From an uncultured Chelatococcus sp. (GTDB lineage: Bacteria; Pseudomonadota; Alphaproteobacteria; Rhizobiales; Beijerinckiaceae), in contig CALMIK010000009.1 of assembly GCA_937863995.1 (NCBI GenBank), positions 31,577 through 95,576 on the forward strand: a DNA stretch of 64,000 nucleotides. Direction: 5' to 3'. The notes under the pieces were generated by a model that saw nothing but the letters and a program-made list of their open reading frames with translations, had not been told where the DNA came from and searched no databases. Position 1 is the stretch's first letter. Every line of letters starts with the position of its first letter. Both the position numbers and the translations under genes were made by a program. Of this stretch, positions 1 through 9,153 are shown one piece after another.

Positions 1-353
1 GCACATCGTTCATGACGATGATGGTGCAGCCGGACCACATCCGGCTGATCCGCATGGTGATCGGCGCCGCCGAGAAATTTCCCCGCGCCGGCCAGGCGTT
101 CTACGACAGCGGCCCATGCATGGGGCGCAGCCGCCTTGGCGCGCTTCTCGCCGATCAGGTCCGGCAGGGACGCCTCGCGATAGACGATTGCGACACCGCC
201 GCCGCGCAGTTCTTCAACCTGTGCCAGGGCAACATCGTGAAGGAGCTTCTGTTCAGCGGCAACGGCGCACCCACGCCGGAGCTGATCGACGCCACGGTGA
301 CAAGCGCCATAAAGGTTTTCATGGCCGCCTACAGTCCCCGCGCCGCCGATTGA
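1..353 (+). CDS. TetR/AcrR family regulator, C-terminal domain (5' partial)
   Basis: The frame is open to the window start. HIRLIRMVIGAAEKFPRAGQAFYDSGP...AAAQFFNL...AIKVFMAAY is typical of TetR C-terminal domains. Confidence 0.75.
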   Translation, partial: TSFMTMMVQPDHIRLIRMVIGAAEKFPRAGQAFYDSGPCMGRSRLGALLADQVRQGRLAIDDCDTAAAQFFNLCQGNIVKELLFSGNGAPTPELIDATVTSAIKVFMAAYSPRAAD

Positions 354-383
354 CCCGCCTGATACGCGAGCGGAACTGCACCC

Positions 384-1403
384 TCAAGCCGCGCCGAAGC
401 CCTCCAGCACGATCTTGCCGCGCGCCTTGCCGCTGTCGACCAGCGCGTGAGCGCGGGTCAGGTTGTCGGCCGTGATGGGACCGAGCTGTTCCGACAGCGT
501 CGTGCGCAGCGTGCCCGCGTCCACCAGACGGGCGACCTCGTCGAGCAGTTCGCCCTGGCGCTCTATGTCGGCGGTCTGGAACATCGAGCGCGCGAACATG
601 AATTCCCAATGCACGGACAGCGATTTGCTCTTGAGCGGGACGATGTCGAAGCTCTGCGGATTATCGATGAGAGCCAGACGCCCCTGAGGCGCGATCAGCG
701 CGACGATCTCCGGCAGGTGATCCACTGTGTGCGTGGTGGACAGCACGAACCCCGGCGCCGCCAGCCCCAGCTTCGCCACTTCCTCGGACAGGGGCTGCGA
801 GTGGTCGAGGACATGATGAGCGCCGAGATCCTCCACCCAGGCACGCGTTTCCGGCCGCGAAGCCGTGCCGATAACGGTCAGATCGGTCAGTTGCCGAGCA
901 AGCTGGACGGCGATGGAACCCACGCCGCCGGCGGCGCCGATAATCAGGATGCCGGATGCCCCGGGAACAGCGCGCCTCACCTCCAGCCGGTCGAACAACG
1001 CCTCCCACGCGGTGATCGTGGTGAGCGGCAGCGCCGCCGCCTCGGCCCAGCCGAGCGATTTCGGCTTGTGGCCGACGATCCGCTCGTCGACGAGATGGAA
1101 TTCGGAATTGGCGCCGGGCCGGGTGATGTCGCCGGCATAGAAAACCTCGTCGCCGGGCCTGAAGCGCTTAACCTCCGGACCGGTTCCGACCACGACGCCG
1201 GTTGCGTCCCAGCCGAGCACTTTCCACTCGCCTTGGGGCGGCTGAACGCTCTTGCGCACCTTGATGTCGACGGGATTGACGGAGATGGCCCGCACCTCGA
1301 CCAGTATGTCGCGGCCGAAGGGAACCGGCTTCGGAAGCTCGATGTCGGTGAGGACCTGTGCCCCATCGCTTGAATCTGAGGCTTTATAGGCTACGGCGCG
1401 CAT
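384..1403 (-). CDS. Zinc-type alcohol dehydrogenase-like / NADPH:quinone oxidoreductase (MDR family)
   Basis: Contains SVNPVDIKVR, LGWDATGVV and IIGAAGGVGS. The start was moved to MRAVAYK (1403), which has a GGAG RBS. Confidence 0.9.
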   Translation of the reverse strand: MRAVAYKASDSSDGAQVLTDIELPKPVPFGRDILVEVRAISVNPVDIKVRKSVQPPQGEWKVLGWDATGVVVGTGPEVKRFRPGDEVFYAGDITRPGANSEFHLVDERIVGHKPKSLGWAEAAALPLTTITAWEALFDRLEVRRAVPGASGILIIGAAGGVGSIAVQLARQLTDLTVIGTASRPETRAWVEDLGAHHVLDHSQPLSEEVAKLGLAAPGFVLSTTHTVDHLPEIVALIAPQGRLALIDNPQSFDIVPLKSKSLSVHWEFMFARSMFQTADIERQGELLDEVARLVDAGTLRTTLSEQLGPITADNLTRAHALVDSGKARGKIVLEGFGAA

Positions 1404-1429
1404 ATCTGATCTCCCGCATATCTGATCTC
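1399..1429. repeat. 15-bp direct repeat duplicating RBS and start codon
   Basis: CGCATATCTGATCTC occurs at 1399-1413 and 1415-1429. Confidence 0.9.
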
Positions 1430-1532
1430 TCTTGGCTCGCAGGAGACGATATGTCATCTATGTCGAAATATCTCAAGAATGCACATATATCGCCCATAGT
1501 GTCGAAAATGATACCGTGGAAAGAGAAGGGCA

Positions 1533-1904
1533 ATGCCGCGCATCCGTCACAAGAACCTGGATTGCAGCCCCGGCTGCGTCGTCGAAGGCGCGCTGGCCCT
1601 GATCGGAGGCAAGTGGAAGGGCGTCGTCCTCTACCATCTCCTGAAAGAAGACGTGCTCCGTTTCAACGAGATCCGAAAGCGGCTGCCGAACGTGACCCAG
1701 CGCATGCTCACGACCCAGCTTCGCGAACTGGAGGCCGATGGGTTTGTCGAGCGCAAGGTCTATCCCGAGGTTCCGCCCAAGGTGGAATATCGCCTGACCG
1801 CGCACGGCCAGACCCTCGCGCCGATCATCGGCGCGCTGAAAGCCTGGGGCGACGAGCACATCGCGCCGGCGTCCGCCGTTTCCGATCTCGCAACAGCCGG
1901 CTGA
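1533..1904 (+). CDS. HxlR-family winged-helix regulator
   Basis: Contains C..V..AL.LIGGKWKGVVLYHL, RFNEI and VPPKVEYRLT; divergent from the MDR enzyme. Confidence 0.92.
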   Translation: MPRIRHKNLDCSPGCVVEGALALIGGKWKGVVLYHLLKEDVLRFNEIRKRLPNVTQRMLTTQLRELEADGFVERKVYPEVPPKVEYRLTAHGQTLAPIIGALKAWGDEHIAPASAVSDLATAG

Positions 1905-1945
1905 CCACTCCGTCGCGGTTCCCGGCGTGAGAGCGCGGCATGCGA

Positions 1946-3541
1946 TCAGCGGTTATCGGCGAGGATCATGTCCGCCGCCCGCTCCGCGATCATGATCGTG
2001 GGCGAATTGGTGTTGCCGGAAGTGATCGTCGGCATGACGGACGCATCCGCAACCCGGAGGCGTTCGAGGCCACGGAACCGCAGCCGGGCATCGACGACGC
2101 TCTGCGGGTCCCCGCCCATGCGCAGCGTGCCGACCGGATGGAAGATCGTCGTGCCGATGTCGCCTGCCGCGCGGGCAAGGTCACGATCGCTGTCGCAATC
2201 CGGCCCCGGCTTGTGTTCCTGCGGCCGAAAGCGCGCAAAGGCGGGCTGCGCGGTAATCCGGCGCGTCAGGCGGATGGCGTTCACAGCCACCTGACGGTCT
2301 GCCTCGGTCGACAGGTAGTTTGGCCGGATCGCAGGCTGCACGGAGGCGTCCGGCGCCTTGACATGCACGGACCCCCGGCTTTCCGGCCGCAGGTTGCATA
2401 CGCTGGCCGTGATCGCGGGAAACGTGTGAACCGGCTCCCCGAACCTGTCGAGCGAGACCGGCTGAACGTGATATTCGAGATCCGCGGTTGCCTTGTCCGG
2501 CGACGAGCGCGTGAAGATGCCGAGCTGGCTCGGCGCCATCGACATCGGCCCGGAGCGCTTGAGCGCGTATTCAAGCCCGATGCGCGCCTTGCCCATCAGG
2601 CTCGACGCCTGCTCGTTGAGGGTCGGGATGCCCGATACCTTGTACACGAGGCGCAGCTGCAGGTGATCCTGCAGGTTCTCGCCCACGCCCGGAATTTCCC
2701 GGCGGACATCGATACCCGCCGCCTTCAGCACATCGCCCCGTCCAACGCCTGACAGCTCGAGCAGATGCGGCGAGCCGATGGCCCCGGCCGCCAGCACCGT
2801 CTCCCGTCTGGCGCGCACGGTCTTCTCGACGCCACTGATCCGGAAGGTCGCGCCCGCAACCGCCCCCTCCTCGATGACGAGCCGCAGGACGTGCGCGTTG
2901 GTGAGCACGTCGAGATTGGCGCGGCCACGAACGGGCCGCAGGAACGCCTTGGCGGTGTTCCAGCGCCAGCCCGACCGCTGATTGACGTCGAAATAGCCTG
3001 AACCCTCGTTATCGCCGGTGTTGAAATCGTCGACAGCCGGGATGCCGGCTTCCCCGGCGGCCTGCTGGAAAGCGTCGAGCACGGCCCATCGCACCCGCGC
3101 CTTTTCCACCCGCCATTCGCCGCCCGCGCCGTGCAGCGGGCTCTCGCCGCGATAGAAATCCTCCGATTTGCGGAAGTAAGGCAGGACATCGTCCCACCCC
3201 CAGCCCTCGCAGCCCATCTGGCGCCAGGTGTCGTAATCGCGCGCCTGCCCGCGCATGTAGATCATGCCGTTGATGGAGGAACACCCGCCCAGCACCTTTC
3301 CGCGCGGATAATAGAGCGAGCGGCCGTTCAGGCCCTCCTCCTCCTCCGTGCGGAAGCACCAGTCGGTGCGCGGATTGTTGATACAGTAGAGGTAGCCGAC
3401 AGGAATATGGATCCAGTGATAGTTGTCCTTGCCTCCGGCCTCCAGCAACAACACCCGGTTGCGGGGGTCGGCGGACAGCCGGTTCGCGAGCACGCAGCCG
3501 GCGCTGCCGGCACCGATGACGATGTAATCGTACTCCTCCAT
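1946..3541 (-). CDS. GMC oxidoreductase (choline dehydrogenase-like)
   Basis: Contains [34 protein letters not shown] and [12 protein letters not shown]. Start set at MEEYDY. Confidence 0.92.
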   Translation of the reverse strand: MEEYDYIVIGAGSAGCVLANRLSADPRNRVLLLEAGGKDNYHWIHIPVGYLYCINNPRTDWCFRTEEEEGLNGRSLYYPRGKVLGGCSSINGMIYMRGQARDYDTWRQMGCEGWGWDDVLPYFRKSEDFYRGESPLHGAGGEWRVEKARVRWAVLDAFQQAAGEAGIPAVDDFNTGDNEGSGYFDVNQRSGWRWNTAKAFLRPVRGRANLDVLTNAHVLRLVIEEGAVAGATFRISGVEKTVRARRETVLAAGAIGSPHLLELSGVGRGDVLKAAGIDVRREIPGVGENLQDHLQLRLVYKVSGIPTLNEQASSLMGKARIGLEYALKRSGPMSMAPSQLGIFTRSSPDKATADLEYHVQPVSLDRFGEPVHTFPAITASVCNLRPESRGSVHVKAPDASVQPAIRPNYLSTEADRQVAVNAIRLTRRITAQPAFARFRPQEHKPGPDCDSDRDLARAAGDIGTTIFHPVGTLRMGGDPQSVVDARLRFRGLERLRVADASVMPTITSGNTNSPTIMIAERAADMILADNR

Positions 3542-3781
3542 GCTCCCCTCGCCCGTTTCCCTTCCCGTCGACATGGTGTCGACGCGCCCTTCTCAGCTCC
3601 GACCGCCTTGCAAGTTGCGAGGGATTCGGATCGGATGGGCGATCCACGCTTTTCCCGCATCTTTGCCAAGTTTGGATGCCGACACAAGATCGGCGAGCGC
3701 AAGGTGGGGCTCAACAAAGAGCTTTCGGCGTAATGCTGAACCGCGATCCGTTGTCCGATCCGGCCGCACTGTTCGGCGGCG

Positions 3782-4414
3782 TCACGAAGAGCGGCCATGC
3801 GCTGACGTGTCTCCCGGCTGGACGCCGCCGCCGTATTCCAGCACCGCCATGGTGAACGAGACAGGCCCATCGCCTTCCGCGGCGTAGGAATGCGGCCGGT
3901 CAGTCACGAGCCGCCCTGCCTCGCCGGCGTGGAACAGCATCGCCTCGGAACCGACAGTCACCCGGAGACATCCTTGCGAAACCGACACAAGCTCGCGGGT
4001 GCCCCGGCTATGAGCGCCGGCGGTGTAGATGTCGCCCGGCGCGATGATCCACGACCAGATCTCGAACATCGTCTGCCCCGATGTCGAGGCATCGAGCCGC
4101 GCCTCGGTACCCCCTTCGCTCCGCCACAGAACGGTCGGACGCGTCCTCTCGATCGGTTCGTCGGGAGTAACCGGCGACGCGTCTTCCAGCAGGTCGGGCA
4201 CCGACATGGAGAACGCAGCGGCCAGGCGGCACAGCACTCCGATGCTCGGATTGGCCTGTCCCCGCTCTATGGCGACAACCGTGCCTTTCGACAGTCCCGT
4301 ACTGGCGGCAAGACCGTCGAGACTGAGCTTCCGCTCGTGGCGCAACGCCTTGACCCTGCCGGCCAGAGCCGCCCCTAGTTCGCGCTCGATTGCGCCGCCG
4401 ATCCCGTCGGTCAT
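3782..4414 (-). CDS. XRE-family HTH plus cupin transcriptional regulator (SutR/PuuR-like)
   Basis: HTH_3 region LSLDGLAASTGLSKGTVVAIERGQANPS followed by a cupin region (AHSRGTRE...DRPHSY). Confidence 0.9.
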   Translation of the reverse strand: MTDGIGGAIERELGAALAGRVKALRHERKLSLDGLAASTGLSKGTVVAIERGQANPSIGVLCRLAAAFSMSVPDLLEDASPVTPDEPIERTRPTVLWRSEGGTEARLDASTSGQTMFEIWSWIIAPGDIYTAGAHSRGTRELVSVSQGCLRVTVGSEAMLFHAGEAGRLVTDRPHSYAAEGDGPVSFTMAVLEYGGGVQPGDTSAHGRSS

Positions 4415-4461
4415 TATATTGACTTTTCCCGCATTTGCCTTCTATGGTCATTATAATGACC
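4409..4461. promoter_or_regulatory. Two candidate operator palindromes for the XRE-cupin regulator
   Basis: Perfect palindrome GGTCATTATAATGACC (4446-4461, contains TATAAT) and a 14/16 copy GGTCATTATATTGACT (4409-4424) over the regulator start codon. Confidence 0.7.
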
Positions 4462-4516
4462 GATCGGGATAATTCAACACGCGGCCCGAACGCCGCTCCC
4501 AGGAAGGAACCTCGCG

Positions 4517-5652
4517 ATGCGACTTGAAACCAGGGCGATCCACGCCGGGCGCGGCATCGATCCGGCGACGGGGGCGGTCAGCGCTCCTCTGCACACCAGC
4601 ACCACCTTCGAGCGTGGCGCGGATGGGAGCTTTCCCTCCGGATACGTATACACCAGAGACGCGAACCCGACCCGCGACGCATTCGAGATCGCGCTCGCGG
4701 CCCTTGAAAACGGCCATTCCGCGATTGCCTTTGCCTCGGGCATGGCTGCGATCGCGGCCGTCATCGAGTCATGCCCCGCAGACAGGAAGCGCATCATTCT
4801 GCCGCAGGACATGTACTTCGGCATCCGGTCGCTGATCGACGAGACCGACATCGGACATCGCTTCGATTTCGTGGCCATCGACATGCGCGATCTCGACGCG
4901 CTGCGCGACGGAGTGCGCGACGCCCCGACCGGGCTCGTCTGGATCGAGACGCCGTCGAATCCCCTTATCCGCGTGGTGGATATCGGAATGGCCTGCGCAA
5001 TCACCCATGAATCCGGGGCGCTGGCCGTCGTCGACAACACATGGGCTACGCCGGTCCTGCAGCAGCCGTTCGCGCTCGGAGCCGATGTCATCGTCCATTC
5101 GGCGACGAAATATATCGGCGGCCATTCCGATCTCATGGCGGGTGCGGTGGTGCTTCCAGCGGGGTCGCCGCTCGAACACCCGATCCGTATGATCCAGCGC
5201 CACAAAGGCAGCGTCGCCGCTCCCTTCGACTGCTGGCTCGCCCTGCGCGGCCTCCAGAGCCTTCCCGTGCGCATGCGCGCGCATTGCAAGGCTGCGCTTG
5301 AGGTCGCCGAAGCCCTTGATGCGCATCCGCAGTCGAGACCGTTCTCTTTCCCGGGCTGGCATCGGACCCCGGCCATGCATTGGCGAAGCAGCAGATGCAG
5401 GGATATGGCGCCATGCTCTCCTTCGTGGTGAAGGGCGGCGCGGAGGCGGCAATGAAGGTGGCCGCAGGGCTGAAGCTCGTCGTCCGCGCCACGAGCCTTG
5501 GCGGCACGCACTCGCTGATCGAGCATCGCGCCTCAATCGAGGGTCCGAAATCCTTGGCGCCGGCAGGCCTGCTGCGGGTTTCCGTCGGCCTCGAACACCC
5601 CCAGGACATCATAGAGGACTTCAGCGAGGCTCTCTCGGCCCTCGCTGGCTGA
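4517..5652 (+). pseudogene. Cystathionine gamma-synthase/lyase family PLP enzyme, frameshifted
   Basis: Contains YVYTRDANPT, VWIETPSNP, VVDNTWATP and HSATKYIGGHSD. One base is missing near 5329-5331. The other frame continues VETVLFPGLASDPGHALAKQQM...ATSLGGTHSL...LLRVSVGLE to TGA at 5652. Confidence 0.85.
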
Positions 5653-5688
5653 CGAAAAAGCGGGGCCGGCGCATGTGGCGCCGGCCCC
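5653..5688 (-). terminator. Rho-independent terminator for the autotransporter gene
   Basis: 11-bp stem GGGGCCGGCGC/GCGCCGGCCCC (5662-5688) followed on the minus strand by TTTTT. Confidence 0.75.
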
Positions 5689-5756
5689 TCCATTACGCAA
5701 ACGCTATCGCACTTGATTGTCCCCGCAGGGGGCTGGCGACCCCTCGCGGTTCTCCG

Positions 5757-8700
5757 TCAGAACTTCCAGTTCAGGTTGGCCTTGAAGCCGTGGTCCTGCG
5801 CGTCGTCGCCGAGCTGTCCCGTGTAGGAAATGCCCACCGTCACGGCGTCGCTGACAGCAGCATCGAGCCCCGCTTCCAGCACAGCGACGTCACGGGCCAC
5901 CGGCACGCTGGTCGTCGTGAACGCGCTGCCCTTGCTGAACCAGAAGGTCGACTCGGGCGTGATGTCGTCGAAGGCATGGCGCCAGCCGACGAGGCCGCGC
6001 ACCGTGGCCTTGGTGCTGCCCAGATCGAACGCCGCCGAGAGCCGCAGGCCCAACGTGGAGTAGGTCACGTCGGTATCGTCGCTCTTGCTGTACAGCGCCG
6101 CGGCGCCCCCGCGCTCGAAGAAGCCATCCGTGTGCAGGTTGACGTAGGCAAGACCGGCGAAGGGCTCGAGCGCGACAGCGCCGACATCGAACCGGTAACC
6201 CACCTCGCCGAACACCTGCGCGGTGTAGGCGTCATGCGAACCGTTCAGGAAGTCGCTGAAACCCGCGAAGCTCGCGGTGCGGTCGGTCGAGATGTCGTGC
6301 CAGGTGTAAGCGCCGCCGAAGCGCAGCGAAAACGCGTTCCACTGCCCGCCGCCGTAGAGGCCGATGTGGAAGTTGTCGCTTTCCGCCGACGAGAGCCGCG
6401 CATCGACATCGACATCCGTCCGGCTGTAGCCGGCCAGGGCGCCCAGGCGCCAGTTATCGCTCACCACCGCGTCGGCGCCGATGAAGAAGCCGCCCGTGGT
6501 GCGGTCGACATCGCCGGCGTTGACGTTGCCGTCCGTTTCGCCCCACGATCCGAAGCCCTGGCCCCAGAAGGCGTAGGGTGCGTTCGCAGGCGTCGGCGTC
6601 GGGGTGGGCAGCGCGCCCTTCGTCACCGGCTTTGCGGCATCGTAGGTCACTGCGGTGCCCACACCGTCCTGCGCCGCGCGCAGGCGGCCCAGCGCGGCGT
6701 CGCGCACGAAGCGGCTGTCCTCGATGGCGGCAGTCTTGACCGCGCTGTGGACCTCGCCCGAAAGAGCGTCGAAGGCGACAATGGCCTCCGGCGTGCTGAG
6801 GCCGACGACGGCGTTGTAGATGCCGCTGTCCGCCCCGGCGCTCTGAACGCCGACTGCCGCGGCCGCCTGGTTGCCCGTCTGCGCGATGGTGGCGAACGAG
6901 ATGTCGTTGCGCGTCAGCGTCAGGAAGGCATTCGTCGCGCCATAGGAGAGCGAGGGCGTCAGAAAGGCGAGATTCGACGTCACTCCGTCGAAACGCCCGG
7001 CAACGCCGCCGTTTGCCGTCAGCACGGTGTAGCGGGTGCGCGGATTGTAGCTGCCGGTTTCCGCCAGCACCTGCACGAGGCCGCCTTCGATGGTGGCCTT
7101 GCCGGTGACGGCAAGATGATCCGACAGTCCGGCCGCGTTCGCGTCCACGACATAATAGGAGCCAGCCGAGAAGGTGGCGTTGCCGGAAACGGTGAAGTTG
7201 CCGATGGAATGGCCGGGCGCGAACGCGCCGCCGCTCCTGACCACAAGTCCGGCCGCCGAGCCGGTGCCGTTGAGGGCTGCGCCCCGCTCGACGGTGACGG
7301 AAGAGTTCTTCAGCGCGCCGTCGATCGTGAGCAGGCCGCCGGTGACGTAGGTGGGGCCGCTATAGGTGTTCTGCCCGGTGAGCGCCAGCACGCCCGAGCC
7401 GTCCTTGGTCAGGCCGCCGGCGCCGCCGATGTCGTTGTTCCACGAATCCCGCGCGTGGAAGCCGCCCTTGGCGGCGTCCATCGTGACCGTCACGTTGCCG
7501 TTGAAGGCGCCATAGCCGTCGCCGGCCTTGAACAGGTCGAGACGCGCCCAACCCGAGCCATCGTCCAGCGGACCGCCGGAGGGCAGTTCCGTCGTCGCCA
7601 GCACGTCGCGGCGCTGGGCGGCGTTGAGGTAGGGGAAGCGCGTGGACAGCAGCACCTCGGCGCCCTCGGGCACCACGGGCGCGAGATCGGTGCGGCCGAC
7701 GCTGCCGAGACCGTAGGTCAGGCGGTAGGTGTAGTCGGCCTTGTTCTGCGCCTTGGTGGAGAAGCGGTCGGGCTCGCCGCTCGCGGCGCAGGCGGCGATA
7801 CTCGTGCCGCAACCGGTCTCGAGCAGCTTGCGCACGTCCGCCTGCGCGGTGGCGAACAATTCAGGCTGTTCCAGCATGACGCGCACGACGTTCTGCGTGG
7901 CGATGATGCGCCCGCCGATCACGTCGAGCGGGTAGTGCACGCCGAGCACGATGCGGCTGTTGCCGAATTCGGAACCGCGCGTCACGTTCTCCTGAAAACG
8001 CTCCGGCACGAGGACGGCGAACAGGAGAGAAGAGGAAAAGCCGGCAGCCGTGTGGCCGCTGGGGAACGCCGCGCTGCCCTTGAGCGAGGCGTTCAGGATG
8101 TCTTTGCCGCTGTCGACAGGGTTACCCACGAAGTCGATGCCGCTGAAGCGCTCGATGCTGCCGCTCCTGACCTGGAAGGGACGGGAGTTGCCGGCGGTAT
8201 TCGCGGCTTCGGCCGGCGGATTGTAAGCTTCGTCATAGATGTTGAAGCGGCCGCCCGTCGGCAGGCTGACGCCCTGCGCCGGCGTGTTGTGAACGGTGCC
8301 GTCGGCGAAGAAGGTCTTCGCGGCCTCGGAGTCCGTCATCGCGGCGCCGGAAACGGCATTGCTGAAGATTGCAGCGGCTGCGGCAGAGACGTTCGTCGTG
8401 TTGTAGGGGACGCCGTAACCGGCATAAGGAGATTTCGGATCGGGGAAAATAGTGACCTTTTCCCGATAAACCTTGTTCAACGCCGTTCCCAGGCCGTCGG
8501 CGACGAACTGGCCGTTGGTGAACGACAGGAACAATGCCGCCAGCGTGTTGTCGCTGAGCGCCTGCGCGCGCTGGGCGCCAGTGGAGCCGTTGTTGATGCC
8601 GATGACCGTCGCGAGATTGCGGTCGAGCGCATCCTTGCCGGCCTGCGTGTTCAGCAGCGTGCTGAACGGAGAGAGCGTGTTGATCGCCTTGATACTGGTC

Positions 8701-8780
8701 GCAGTCTGCGCGGCTGCTGGCCCCATGCCTGCAATCAACAGCGAAATAGTGATGACAGAAGCGCTGTACATGTATCGCAC
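5757..8780 (-). CDS. PAP2 acid-phosphatase passenger autotransporter (type Va)
   Basis: GTG start 6 nt after AAGGAGG, then a signal peptide ending AAAQ. PAP2 motifs FPSGH and SRIVLGVHYPLD, a PATR repeat LTKDGSGVLALTGQNTYSG, and a beta-barrel ending LNWKF. Confidence 0.88.
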   Translation of the reverse strand: MRYMYSASVITISLLIAGMGPAAAQTATSIKAINTLSPFSTLLNTQAGKDALDRNLATVIGINNGSTGAQRAQALSDNTLAALFLSFTNGQFVADGLGTALNKVYREKVTIFPDPKSPYAGYGVPYNTTNVSAAAAAIFSNAVSGAAMTDSEAAKTFFADGTVHNTPAQGVSLPTGGRFNIYDEAYNPPAEAANTAGNSRPFQVRSGSIERFSGIDFVGNPVDSGKDILNASLKGSAAFPSGHTAAGFSSSLLFAVLVPERFQENVTRGSEFGNSRIVLGVHYPLDVIGGRIIATQNVVRVMLEQPELFATAQADVRKLLETGCGTSIAACAASGEPDRFSTKAQNKADYTYRLTYGLGSVGRTDLAPVVPEGAEVLLSTRFPYLNAAQRRDVLATTELPSGGPLDDGSGWARLDLFKAGDGYGAFNGNVTVTMDAAKGGFHARDSWNNDIGGAGGLTKDGSGVLALTGQNTYSGPTYVTGGLLTIDGALKNSSVTVERGAALNGTGSAAGLVVRSGGAFAPGHSIGNFTVSGNATFSAGSYYVVDANAAGLSDHLAVTGKATIEGGLVQVLAETGSYNPRTRYTVLTANGGVAGRFDGVTSNLAFLTPSLSYGATNAFLTLTRNDISFATIAQTGNQAAAAVGVQSAGADSGIYNAVVGLSTPEAIVAFDALSGEVHSAVKTAAIEDSRFVRDAALGRLRAAQDGVGTAVTYDAAKPVTKGALPTPTPTPANAPYAFWGQGFGSWGETDGNVNAGDVDRTTGGFFIGADAVVSDNWRLGALAGYSRTDVDVDARLSSAESDNFHIGLYGGGQWNAFSLRFGGAYTWHDISTDRTASFAGFSDFLNGSHDAYTAQVFGEVGYRFDVGAVALEPFAGLAYVNLHTDGFFERGGAAALYSKSDDTDVTYSTLGLRLSAAFDLGSTKATVRGLVGWRHAFDDITPESTFWFSKGSAFTTTSVPVARDVAVLEAGLDAAVSDAVTVGISYTGQLGDDAQDHGFKANLNWKF

Positions 8781-8832
8781 GATGATCCTCCTTGACGGCG
8801 CGATTGCCTTCCAACGGCCGTAGGATCCAGCG

Positions 8833-8850
8833 ATGACGCAGGTATGACGT
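8833..8850 (-). promoter_or_regulatory. Candidate Pho box
   Basis: Minus strand reads ACGTCAT-ACCT-GCGTCAT (11-bp period, versus CTGTCAT-N4-CTGTCAT), 53 nt upstream of the phosphatase start. Confidence 0.4.
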
Positions 8851-8970
8851 TTCGAATTCAACTTTAACTTAACCATATACAAACTGACCAACCTGATGCT
8901 GTTTCAACATTAATAATGATTTCGGGCAACGCTCCACGGCTCGCAGGCTTCGCCCCTTCAGGAACTGACC

Positions 8971-9117
8971 CGACTCGTTCCCGACAAGAACCTGTCCGGA
9001 ATGGCCACGCTTGTGGAGCGCCACGATATCGTGGAAAAAGGTCGTATCGTTTGGTCGGGAACGCCCACGGAACTGGCCGGTGCCCCAGATGTCGCGCGGC
9101 GCTATCTCAGTCTGTAG
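8971..9117 (+). pseudogene. 3' remnant of a LivF-type ABC ATP-binding gene
   Basis: Translates RLVPDKNLSGMATLVERHDIVEKGRIVWSGTPTELAGAPDVARRYLSL*, which resembles a LivF C-terminus. There are no Walker motifs upstream. Confidence 0.7.
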
Positions 9118-9122
9118 CGGAC

Positions 9123-9151
9123 GCAAAGGGCACGGCAAAGGGCACGGCAAG
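9123..9151. repeat. 12-bp tandem repeat (about 2.4 copies)
   Basis: GCAAAGGGCACG twice, then GCAAG. Confidence 0.9.
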
Positions 9152-9153
9152 TC

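Noticed and set aside
1946-3541. Calling the GMC enzyme betA
   Set aside because: There is no betB/betI context, and the family includes many other substrates.
3542-3781. Possible gene remnant between the GMC and XRE genes
   Set aside because: Translations gave no family I could recognise.
8752-8758. Perfect CTGTCAT Pho half-site on the minus strand
   Set aside because: It is a single half-site inside the coding sequence and out of 11-bp phase with 8833-8850.
5298-8795. 1165-aa plus-strand ORF
   Set aside because: Antisense shadow of the autotransporter in high-GC DNA; no motifs.
8781-8891. N-terminal extension of the autotransporter in the ORF track
   Set aside because: A strong RBS plus GTG at 8780 gives a clean signal peptide, and the upstream DNA is promoter-like.
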